64,000 nt of DNA from Ptychomitrium polyphyllum (lineage: Eukaryota), in the NCBI GenBank assembly GCA_973851085.1, contig OZ316776.1:15314001-15378000 (forward strand), written 5' to 3'. Shown piece by piece: positions 13,951-25,231 of this stretch (its first letter is position 1; each line of letters opens with the position of its first letter). The notes beneath the pieces are model-generated. The model ran no database searches. It was not told the origin of the DNA and was given only the letters and a program-made list of their open reading frames with translations. The position numbers and the translations under genes are program-made.

Positions 13951-16900
13951 TTATGAGAAAGTATCAGTAACCTTCACTTGAACAGGAGTTCGCAAAGAAT
14001 TCCCCAGCTTATTACTAGCGTCAATCTTCGTGACCGCTCCTGCCCACTTTCCTAAACTGGAGCTGGAGTCTACTGCCTTGGTAACCTTATTTGCTAAACT
14101 CCATAGCATGATGCTTGCTGTTAGTGTCAAAATCATCTTGGGCCGAACCTGAGGACCAGAACCCAAACATAAGGTTATCAGAATTGATGCTTACAATGAC
14201 AAGGCTTATTTCAGGATGGTCACGATATGAGAAAGGAGGTCCCTGTGGAATCTGAACTTTTTTTTAATCGTCAACCACTCATTCAAAACTAAAGACAAAA
14301 GTTAATGCCTTTCTCTTGGAAAGACTTATAATTACAGAAGCCTGCAAGGTGGGAAGGACACCAGACAGCTCCAAGAGGTTAATACTGTTGTATTGTATTA
14401 AGAGTAACTTAATCTAGAAGCCAAAGTCTAAACATGTTCTCACCTCAACAATATCATCCCACAAAAGGAAAACCGAGCATCCCAATTTCCGAGCAATACT
14501 GATGATGTAAGTAGCATTAACTCGCTTATCGTCATCTGTAATTGTATGCAAAACACTCGATAAGTTGATAGTAAAAATAAAAAACCAGAAGCACAAACAA
14601 AACTTAAGAAATGCACCAACTAGATAACTAATACTAGCAAATGCACAGCTTACATTCTAGGGTAGATTAAAAAAATTCAACTGCTACGTGGTACTATATG
14701 TGAGTACCGCCTAAGCTGATCATGTCTATCTACCTTCGAACTCAGCAAATTTACACTCCATATCAAAGAAATGAAAATCTGATATATGAGGGAGGTCAAA
14801 ATTCACCTGTCGTTCCTCTAGTCACCAGACTCCAGTTAACTACTCGTGGCTCTACTGCTCCCAGCAGGTCCAGGAAGAAAAGACCAGATGACAAGCTTTT
14901 CTCCTGCATGAACAAGAGCAAAAGTATCATTGTTGCATGAATTCCTATATACTTGCAACTGAAACCAAACACTGAGTGATAGGTTCAGCAAAAACAAGTT
15001 AGATATGGATGTTACCTTGAAGCTCTCCATCCGGGTAGCTTTACCAGCATTTTTTACCTTGAGGTTGGCCCAATGAATAATATCTGCATCAGATACTTCT
15101 CTTCCATGTAGTCTCAGATCCTTCAATAGCTGTAGCATGCTGAATCGCATTAACTGCCAAAGATATGCTGCAAGCATGTCCACCAAATAGCCCCATTGAC
15201 TTCAAGGTACTGTATTGTCTCATCAATGCATACAAAAAACTAAACTGACCAGATTAGAACTACGATATCAAAGGCAGCCACACAATCTCAATTGCATACC
15301 AAGAATGAGTTTCTTGTTGCCTTGAACAATGTCATTCCCTGCAACATTAACAAGTGAAAATTTCAGCCTTTTGCCGATGTCAACCACTTGGTTGCAGTTC
15401 TCTACTCTCTTGAAGGGAGATTTAATTGGTGGTTTGCTGGTGCTTCTCCATGAAACTGAACCTGGTGCAACCTTGTCCAAAGCCTCCAACAATACCCACC
15501 TAAAGACAAAACAGATTCACCAGCTAAAGTCATCTCACCTATATATGATAGTGATTTGAAGAAAACACTTCACTCAACATCAATAAAACTACTACTTTCG
15601 CCAAGAATCCATTGGTAACCATTTTGAACAAGCAAAGCAGTTTAATAAGGCCAAGCTTTTAAGGAATTAATTCTGTGCTTGCAATCTTATCTAACACATG
15701 TACAGGCAGCGTTCACACAAAAAAATTTAAACAGTCATGTCACATGACTATTTCTGCTATATGGCTATTAACACGGCTTAACAAAGCTTTGAGCCAGACT
15801 CGCCTATCAGTTATTAAAAGAAGCGCAAGGATCCAAATGAGGGCAACATTGGAACTCAAGTGACTTCAACATTGTCCTGCATATGAGCAGCAATAGACGA
15901 AAAGAACGTACCCATCTCGAACATCCTCAAAGAGAGATGTGATAAACGTGTCAGTGCCCTGACTATTGATCCACGTCCTGTACATACGCTCCTCTCTTGA
16001 CGCTTCGTTGTACTCGTCATCTTGAAGTATTTCAGCATATTCGTATTTTTCACCATCTTGTGTCAACCCATTTCTGACATAATCAACATAAAAAAATGTC
16101 ATCAAAGCGGCTAATTAAACTCCAAAGCCTCGAATAATTTCAGCTTCTCAATTCAATCCACAACTCTTGTCTGCACCCTGTGTCTAACAATTCACTGCAA
16201 CACCTATTCGTACAATGTAGAAGCAACATTATTATGGACTAACTCCCAACAATGGCCACTACTATTACTGTGTTAGTTTCAGAATCGCATAGAGAAGATG
16301 ATACTTGTTGATATGAGAACAAACCTTGTGTGAAAGAGGTGCGCCACAAAAGCAAGGTTGAGATTCGCTGAGCCATCCACTAAATCTTTTGGAGTGATGT
16401 ACTTTCGACAGTTGATGCGCTCAGCTTGTGCAAGTACTGCTTTGGCTCGCTCAACAAGATCTTCAATATGCAGAGGATCCAATGAGCAAGACTCTGGAGC
16501 CAGCTGATTCAAAAGAAGGCAATATGCCGTACCATCCTGAACATATAGAATTCTTATAAACGTCAATTCATTGATAAACGCAAAAGCAGGGTTTTGGCAT
16601 AGTCAAACGAAAGTGACGGGCAATAGATACACCCAAAACATTGTAGATCACAGACGGGAAAGGAATAAGTAGCAAAAGCGGGTAAAAATAAAATTTTAGA
16701 GTTAACGCTAATTCCCAACTTCTAGCACATGTAGACACGGCTCAACCACTCACCCTAACATCAGAAGTGAAATTTGAGACGGTCTTCGTGTGCCCTGCTT
16801 TCCTCAAATGAAAATTCATCCACCGCAATAAGATTTTCTCTGCTGGCATGCTCCAGAGCTCCTCAAATTCCTAATATCATGTCCAAGATGCATAACAGCA

Positions 16901-19900
16901 ACAATCATAAGCACCTTGTATACGTGAAATGCCCAAACATTAAGTAGACGGCCTCAGAAAAAGAATCTAGGACAAAATATGGTAACAAGACCCAAACATT
17001 AGCAAGTTTCACTGATTGATTACAAATAGGCAGTGTACAAACCTCAGTTTCATCCAACAACTCCGCAAGCTCTGGGGTCTGCTTCAGATTCACTGTTGCC
17101 AACAGTTGTATCTGGTTTCACAAACACAAAAACGCCTTAGCCATTCTAGAGCAACGTCTTGGATTTCAAAGGGCAACGTCTCAGCCATTAGGGCCCTTGA
17201 TAGAAGATCCACAAGAACCAAACAGCGGTATGTGAACAAGCACTAGAAACACACCAAATGGTTGACACTATGATAGTTCATAAAAACAGCGAAAGACTAG
17301 TGTATAATTGCTATCTTCAATGCGGTAACCAAACCTACGAACCAAGATCCATCTGACAGCACACCATGAAGAACAATCGTGCCGAAAATACCTTCACAAT
17401 TTGACTGATAAGACCAAGCACCAAATGCGGCTGCACCCACCCACAGTATGTTTGATGAGATCAAGCAGCAAGTGAGGCTGGCCACCTCAACAGGAAACAA
17501 ATTCATGACTGCGTTTACTGTCCCATGACAACAACAACATCAAAAAAGATATGTTTATAATCTTTATACACTAACTCTTTACATCTAATTCTCTTCTCAT
17601 TACCCTTCCGTCCCCTAAGTCTTGAGTGCCAATGTTGACGACAGAGCAACCAATGGCTTTCGCGGAATTGAGACAAAGAGTGTGATTCTCTATTCGCTCC
17701 CATGGGTTCAACTTCTCTTTCATATTAATTGCTCTCTCGTCGATTGTGCCAGAAACCGCTACATTAATCAATTTGCTGCACAATCGAGAGAAACTGTCAA
17801 CAAAACGAATAAAAGATAAACTGATTTATAAACTTACCAATTCCAAGTTCAGCCTCAGCTCAGACCCCACAAGAGAAGGCTACATACCACAGAAGAACGC
17901 CATCCTTGACGATGTCAAACAGCTGATTCGTTGATGAGTTAATGGGCAAAACTCGTTGAAGAGCAGGGTCCTTATCCAAATACATGTTGATATGGTCCAC
18001 GTATGCCTTCTTCTCGGAGTCACTGATAGAATGCACCAATGTGGTAGCTGTACTTGTCAAGAAGGATGAATCTCCTTTCGCTGGACTCTGCCGGAACCCT
18101 CGTCCCCCTTTGCGCAACTCCATCTGCAGCTGCATTCAAATAATTTATGGTCATAAGTCAGGCAATGACTACAAATACACTTGTACTATCGTGATAGTCG
18201 AGCAGCACCACACCATGAAACGAATTCCTACAACAACGAATGTATCTTAGAAACCTTGATACATCCTCACTTCGCATAGAAGGAATGATGAATCAGGACC
18301 CAAATCATGTATCTATGCTGGTAAAGCTGATACTACAGCTGACTTGATCTATGTCAACCCTAATTACTTCTCACAGAACAAACGGTTAAGCGACTGTACC
18401 ATAGCTTGATCTCTAAACCGACCTTTCAAGCATATGTAACAAAGAATCCATAGGTTCAATCCCCATCACACCTGTGTGCAACTGAGATGCCAGAAGCACA
18501 CAAAACACTAAACGGTGAGACTAAAACTAGCACTTTTGAGAACTATGATCCAGGTAGGCATCGTTCAACAGGACAAAATTTCAGAAAAATGCAGAAGGAA
18601 AAGGGCAGGGCAGATAAGTACTCGTAAGAAATCTTCAAAGTCCAGTCCACCTTGCTTCTTCGCATCATGCTTGGTGACGATATCCTCGACCTCTTTCGAA
18701 GTCGCTGTCTGGTGCGTCTTCAAAACTTTCATTCCCGCTTCCAACTCACTTACAGTAACAAGTCCTGTTTTCCCAGTGTTGATTAGGTCGAACTGCATCC
18801 ACAAAGCAGGATTGATCAGTGATCCAAACCCCACGTTGTTTGCCACAGCGCCGTTATCAGCACAAATCATAATCATCATTTCATAATCAGTAACAAAATA
18901 CAGTTAGAAAAGGCTCTATATAAATCTACGAGGGCTGAAGAACTAGGTCACGCTTAGGACTGATAGGCATAAGATTTGAAGTCAGTATATCCAATGGACT
19001 CATATCACTGCCACGATCGACAAACACAAACTACCACCGTTCAAAGATTAAGTCAACCAATTCAGAAACAAATAACGTCACGACACTCCTTGATAAAGAT
19101 CGCCAGCTGCACCCGATAGGCACGCTGACCAACGCAAGAAAACCTTGAGCAAGAATGCATCACCACGGCCGCTAATTCAATATCGGATCTGGAGTGTTCA
19201 ATTTCGTCTTCACAGCAGTCATGGATCAAGTGCAGATTCTTGATAAGCGTCTCAAGGAAAAACTTGAGCTTGAGGTAGCAAACGAGTGAGAGCACGTGCG
19301 CGTGAGACCTCACTCCAAATTGTGAATCCTATAATCTGTTCACCATATGCCGAGCAGGCAATACCTATCCTCTTGATAACTGGCACGAAAATTTGGTTGA
19401 TTCAGAAGCTCACATACGACCGTCCTAACACAGACTACTCATAGACCTCTACGAAGCTGAGACAATCTTCCTATGAGAAACCGCCCTCCAGCATTGTCGA
19501 AACGGGGGTACAGAAGCTAAGATCGGATATGGCTGATCCCACAGGCTCCACTGAACCTGCTGGGAAACGACGAATTGTCCGAACGAAGCGTCATCAGATA
19601 CCACCACTCACTATTCCACTCTCCCACTCTTTGCATCCATCGACTCTCACGGCAACTCAACAAACCGACAGGCATCAATTCTACTCAGTTCATGATCATC
19701 CCCTCTCACAAATGAACTCCCAGTCACCTCGAACTCAACCCTCCACCACTCAAACCCAAACAACCACGCCAACCAATTGGAAAGAACAGCCCGTCACTCC
19801 CACCCCGATCCCCACCGCATCCCCAATTCCCGACCTCTCCCAACCCAACCACCCAAACAACACCTACACCTCCCTCAGACACCACTCCAAACCACCCGCC

Positions 19901-20008
19901 AAACGCCAGACACACCACCTGCGACTTGAGATACCGGAGCTCGCCCTCCGTATACGACTTCCGCAACGCCTCGTCTTCCACCACCAGCACTCCATCACTC
20001 CCCGCCAT
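13951..20008 (-). CDS. FIM: Fimbrin (plastin family actin-bundling protein; EF-hand-like N-terminus plus four CH domains), 14 coding exons
   Basis: Exons (minus strand): 20008-19919, 18792-18622, 18129-17888, 17775-17604, 17430-17392, 17111-17043, 16870-16754, 16536-16325, 16073-15912, 15499-15300, 15167-15016, 14903-14807, 14535-14444, 14148-13951. All introns are GT-AG with consistent phases. Fimbrin motifs: [110 protein letters not shown]. Confidence 0.95.
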
Positions 20009-21386
20009 CTCCCTCTCCCTCGCTCTCTCTCTCTCTCGCTCTATCGCTCTCTCCAAGCTCCACCACGTTGCTGCTCGCCCCTAGGCCGGTCAGTCCCAAG
20101 CGCTCATCCGCAAGAGAGGATCGCCGCACTGCAGCCGGCACCGCAACGGCGCCCGGGCCATGAAGCAGTGAAACTATGCAGCAACCCCAGCGAAGTCCTC
20201 ACTCCTCGTCCGCACTCCTCGTCGTCGTCGTCGCACAGCCTCTGCACGTCAATTATTATTTTCCGTTGCCCTTCGCCACGTCCCCTGTGGGGCCCCCTTC
20301 CTCCCTTTCACACCGGCGGCGCAATCGGGACTTCGTTAGTAGGATTTGACTTCCGCGCCGTTCACACTGCCGGAGTGTGTTGCTTGGTGGTGCTTCGCAG
20401 GGTCAGAATGTTTGTTTATGCCCAAGACATTGGGATATTTAGGGGTTTTGGGCAAAGGATGGTCCACTGAAGAAGATGGAAAAATGATAATAGATGGTGG
20501 TAGTCTTTTCGAATGGATATTATTTTTAGGTTTTTATTCAAAAAAGCCCTTTTTATAGTGAATAGCAGGAAGATTATTATTTAAATCCATCACTAAAAAT
20601 AAAAGCAATTGAATGTGTTTTTAAATCAATACCAATTTTTTTAACAAATTCTTTTTTAAAAGCATAATAACATCTAAATGCTTATAATTTCAGTTGAAAT
20701 AAATTATGGTTTATAGTTAACATATTTTTTAATTTTTTAATTAAAAAATAAGTAATATCAATAATTTGTAAAAACAATAGGAAGCACTCAAATGAATATA
20801 AATTGTAATTTGAACCTACAACTATATGTCCAACCCTTTAGAAATTCATTTTTATTTCTTAAACTTTCAATCCATCTAAAACAAGTCAATGGCATTCTTA
20901 GCCAATTCCATATTATTTATTGATTTTTTCAAAATTAAAACATTTTTAAATGTTATTATCTTATTATTAGGTTGGAATCTTATCTAATAAATATATCTAA
21001 TGTCATTCCAATATGCTTTTCATTAACATTATAAGTGTAGAAGTATGTATATAATATTTGTTCATTCATCAATTCTAAAATATTGCTTCAAGTCGTATTT
21101 TTTAATAGTTTTTTTCTAATAATTAGTTTTAAAAAACATTTTTGAAATATTTAGGAATTAATGTCCTTAATTTGTATGCTTTGAAATTATTTGAAGTTGG
21201 AAAACAAAATTACAAACTTCATTTTAATTTCGAACATGTTTTATAAGTATTTGGTTTTAAAAAATGACTAACAGTGTATAAAATAGAAAAAAATATACAT
21301 TTAAAGTATAAAGTCTTATATAATTGGGCCTATTGAAGTGAATCCTTATATAATTTGTTTTCAAAAATGAAATCATATCTTATATT

Positions 21387-21896
21387 TGTTTCAGACATAG
21401 ATCATGCAACATAGTCTTTAAAACCTTCTAAAATCTTTCAATATATTATAGTAGCTTTTTAGAATACTTTCAAATGTTTCCATAACCGTTTTTACGTTCT
21501 TATGAAATTTCCTAGGAAAGTTCTAGTTCTTTAGGAATCTTCTTAAGAAGGTTCAACCACCTTAGAAAATTTCCAAAGAAGGTTCCAGCTCCTTGGAAGC
21601 TTTTTAGGAAGATTCCAATATCTTGGAAAACTTCTTGGAAAGGTTCCATAGACTTTTAAAACATTCTTAAGTCTTAGAGGAAGCTTCTTTAGAAGCATCT
21701 TAGGAGATATAAGCGTCATAGTATAAATAGGAGGCAAAACAAGGTATACCTTAGTCTTGCCAACACAAGTTGTGGATCATATTGTATCATGACTTATTCT
21801 AGTGTTTATATCAAGTTCTTGTTAATAATTAACTTTTTGAAAGCTAATTCTTGGGAAACACTTTGTTTCTACTTCTTGTTTCTTATGTTCCTTATA
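21387..21896 (+). mobile_element. Solo LTR (510 bp) of the same Ty3/gypsy family as 52770-60463
   Basis: Starts TGTTTCAGACATAGATCATGCAACATAG and carries the same TATA/GTCTTGCCAACACAAGTTGTGGATC block. Ends ...TGTTCCTTATA (CA mutated to TA). The 5-bp TSD ATATT is at 21382-21386 and 21897-21901. Confidence 0.92.
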
Positions 21897-24800
21897 ATAT
21901 TTTCCAAAATGATTTTATCATTATTTACAAGGTATTAATGTAATTTTCTTCATTTATTATTGAAGGCATGCTTTTATCATAACTTAGATAAAGAAATGAA
22001 ATTCAATTAAAAAAGGTTTTAAATTCTGAAGTGATTGAAAAAATAATTTATTAATTACAATACATGATATACAACTCCAATTTTTTGATTACAGTTATAA
22101 ATTTCAATGAAAAGCATAAGAAAAGCTAAAATTATAAATTATATTAAAAATAATCATCAGCATCAATCTTTGGTAGTAGATATTTAATCTATATGTGAAT
22201 TTCGAATTTAAAAGATTTGTCAAAAATTCAAGATAGAGTAGAGTTATATTTAACAAGCTTCATTTTGTTATGAATTATAAAATCAATTAAAGTTATTTTT
22301 TGGTCTAAATTAAAAATCTGAAATACATTATTGACAAAATTGTAATTTTTACTTTTCTAAATGTTAGAACTCATATGAAATATCAAATGGTCTAAACCAT
22401 TTGTCTTTTAGAATTTTTAATATTTAAAAATTAAACACAATAATTTTATAAAGATTACAAAATAGAAGAAGATCCTTATATCTATTTTATTTCAAAAGAT
22501 CTTATAGAATCTAAAATCAATAAGGTTGAATGGACTACCATTTAATTCCTATTAAGTGTTATAAAAAAATTCAATAATTCTAAAATTTCTTAGCATCATA
22601 TTTAGGATTTTAATATTCAAAATACAATAATTTATTATACAATTTTAATAAATCAATTTTTTTTTTTCAATTTGATTAAAAAATGTTTCCAAAATAAAAT
22701 TGTAATAGAAATTGTTTAATTTCAAACTTAATTTTGCATTTATTCCAAATTGCTTGAAGCCTTAATTAAAAGAAATCTAATTTATATATTTAATTTTAAT
22801 AAAATCATAGATTTGTGGTTATTCTAAATGTATGAACCATATTAATATGTATAATTATATGATATATTGCAAATACATATATTTTATAACTTTTATATTT
22901 CAGAATGATTTAGATTTATGTTTTTCAAATGTAAATTTTATATTTGTCAAATCTATTTTTTAAACTTTAATGTATATTTTTGAAATTGTATTAAAAAATA
23001 AATAATTTATTGCAATTATTTTTTGAATTTTTAGCATAAAAAGGTTTATGACATTAAAAGTTTAATAGGTCAAAGAATTTAAGGTATCACTTTGAATGAA
23101 GATTTATATTCTTGCTTAATATAGTGCTTAATATAATGGTTAATGTTTTTGAAATTTATTTTTAGCTTAAGATATGTTTTAAAGAAAAATAATAATTCTA
23201 CTCTTTTAAATGAATTACATAATAAACTATATATTCTTCCATAATCAAGTATAAATGTCAACGTTACATAGAATAATTTAAAGAATACTAATTTTTACAA
23301 AAATGGAATAGAAAATATATGAATATTAGAATAGAGGGTATGATAAAATACCTTGTATTTTCTTAATTTTAAAATAGTGTAAGTTTGTTTTAACCTTTAT
23401 ACAATCATAAACCATTTATATAATTTTTCTCGTTACACCATCTAAAAACGCATTGGTATCACTTAAAATCAAACGATTATACCAAGTTTTTCAAATAAAT
23501 TTGCGAAATTAAATTAACAATTCAAATAATTAACATTTTTGCAAAGAAAAAATTCAATACCATTAAATTTGAAAAAAAAATAAAATTATATGGTCTTAGA
23601 AAAAATTAATAGAAAATAAAAATGTGTATTCTTTATAAAACAAAAAATTAGTTATATATTATTTAAAGAATATATATGTGTTATTTAAAATGCTACAAAA
23701 ATAATTAATTAGTGGCCAAAATTAATTCTTCATAATTCAAAACAATCAATATTATTGGCTACTAATTTCTTTATTACCTTTTAAAATAACCTATAATAAT
23801 TTTATTTTACAAAAATATAGCCAAAATTCAATACCATATTTAATTTAGCAATTATTATATAAATTTGAAAGTTTGATAATCATCTATTTATTTCTTAATA
23901 ATATTAAAGCATTTATAAAAATAGATACATATTGATTGCAATTGTTTTTTATTCTAAAATCTAAAAAGCATATAATACAATTTTTCAAATTTTCTTGATT
24001 TAAATTGTAAAAATAAAGTCAAATTATAAAAACTTTAAATATAAAATTTTCAAAATAAAAAAAATGATTTCAAAGGACATTATTAATTGTATCAAGTGAT
24101 AATGGTAATGCAACTCATTTATATACAATTAACATTGTACATTTAATAAAAACCTTTGATTGTTTTTTATGATTTAGAATGTTTTTTATTATTTAAAAAA
24201 TTCCCAAATTCATTTTTTAAGCATATAATCTAAATATCCAAAATATATTTAAATATTGAATTATAAAGATGGAAAGAAAATTTATAAAAAGAAGGAAAAA
24301 AGACAAAGTTTACTTTAAATGCAAATTTTAAATTTTTTTTAAAAAAAAAAGCAAAATAAAAGTAAAAGATGGATCCATTCTTTTATAAACTTCATTTATT
24401 TCAAAGTTACAAAAAAGGGTCAAATTACATTCTGCAAATTTCATATTCTATTTTAAATACATTAAGATTTTAATTTTGGTTAATATACTCTTTTTACTTA
24501 TCAAACTCATTAAATATTTTTATCAATTTATAAACAATTCTAATTAATTTCATAAAAACCACCAATCAATGTTATGCAGAAAATAAATTATGTACCAAAT
24601 AAACTTCTATAATAATGCAAAATATGTGAAGATCCATTATATATTTAATATCATGAAGTTGCTAAGAACCACATGCGAACATGGTTGGAAAACTTACTAG
24701 TAAGAACGAGAAACCATGGAATTGGTGGGAGCTTTTTATTTATCTACACTACCTGTAGATTGCGAGAAATGAAATGCACTCCCGGTAGATAGTGTCGGAG

Positions 24801-24903
24801 TTCCGGTCCAGTGACGGTTAAGGGGGCCGGCTCGTTAGGTTTGGAGGCGGCCACCAGAAAACTTGCCAGTGCAGGGTTTTAAAAATTCGTTGAGGTCAGG
24901 GTT

Positions 24904-24909
24904 TATAAA
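24904..24909 (+). promoter_or_regulatory. Probable TATA box for the uORF/SNAPC4-like transcript
   Basis: TATAAA at the AT-to-GC transition, next to telo-box-like AGGGTTT motifs; TAGGGTTAGGGT also occurs near 25208. Confidence 0.5.
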
Positions 24910-24985
24910 CTGTGGCGCTCGCGCTGGCTCGCCATGTAGCGGTTGCCTTCGCTCTTGTCGTGCAGACAGTCGTTGTGTGCGATCG

Positions 24986-25183
24986 ATGGAGGCGCCGGGC
25001 CGCTATGGAGGCGCGTGGGGCATTGCGGCGGTACTGGCGATCGTAGGGGGCTGGGTGTGTCTGCTGGGATCGGTGCTGCTGCCGGGAACGGGGTCGGTGT
25101 TCTTCGCCGTGGGCGTGGGGCTGTGTGTGTGCGGGTTCCTTATGGAGTTTTTTCTGCGCTCGCCCATGAAAGGATCTGGTTGA
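24986..25183 (+). CDS. 65-aa small ORF with two predicted transmembrane segments, upstream of the SNAPC4-like ORF
   Basis: MEAPGRYGGAWGIAAVLAIVGGWVCLLGSVLLPGTGSVFFAVGVGLCVCGFLMEFFLRSPMKGSG*. Two hydrophobic stretches are joined by a PGTG turn. By hand count 49 of 65 codons end in G or C. The stop lies 48 nt before the next ATG. Confidence 0.55.
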   Translation: MEAPGRYGGAWGIAAVLAIVGGWVCLLGSVLLPGTGSVFFAVGVGLCVCGFLMEFFLRSPMKGSG

Positions 25184-25231
25184 GCGAACTTTGAAGTGTT
25201 GTGTCATTAGGGTTAGGGTAGAGAGCGCGAG

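Noticed and set aside
19529..20470. 313-aa plus-strand ORF
   Set aside because: Antisense to fimbrin exon 1, its 5'UTR and intron 1; low-complexity Pro/Thr/His composition with no domain.
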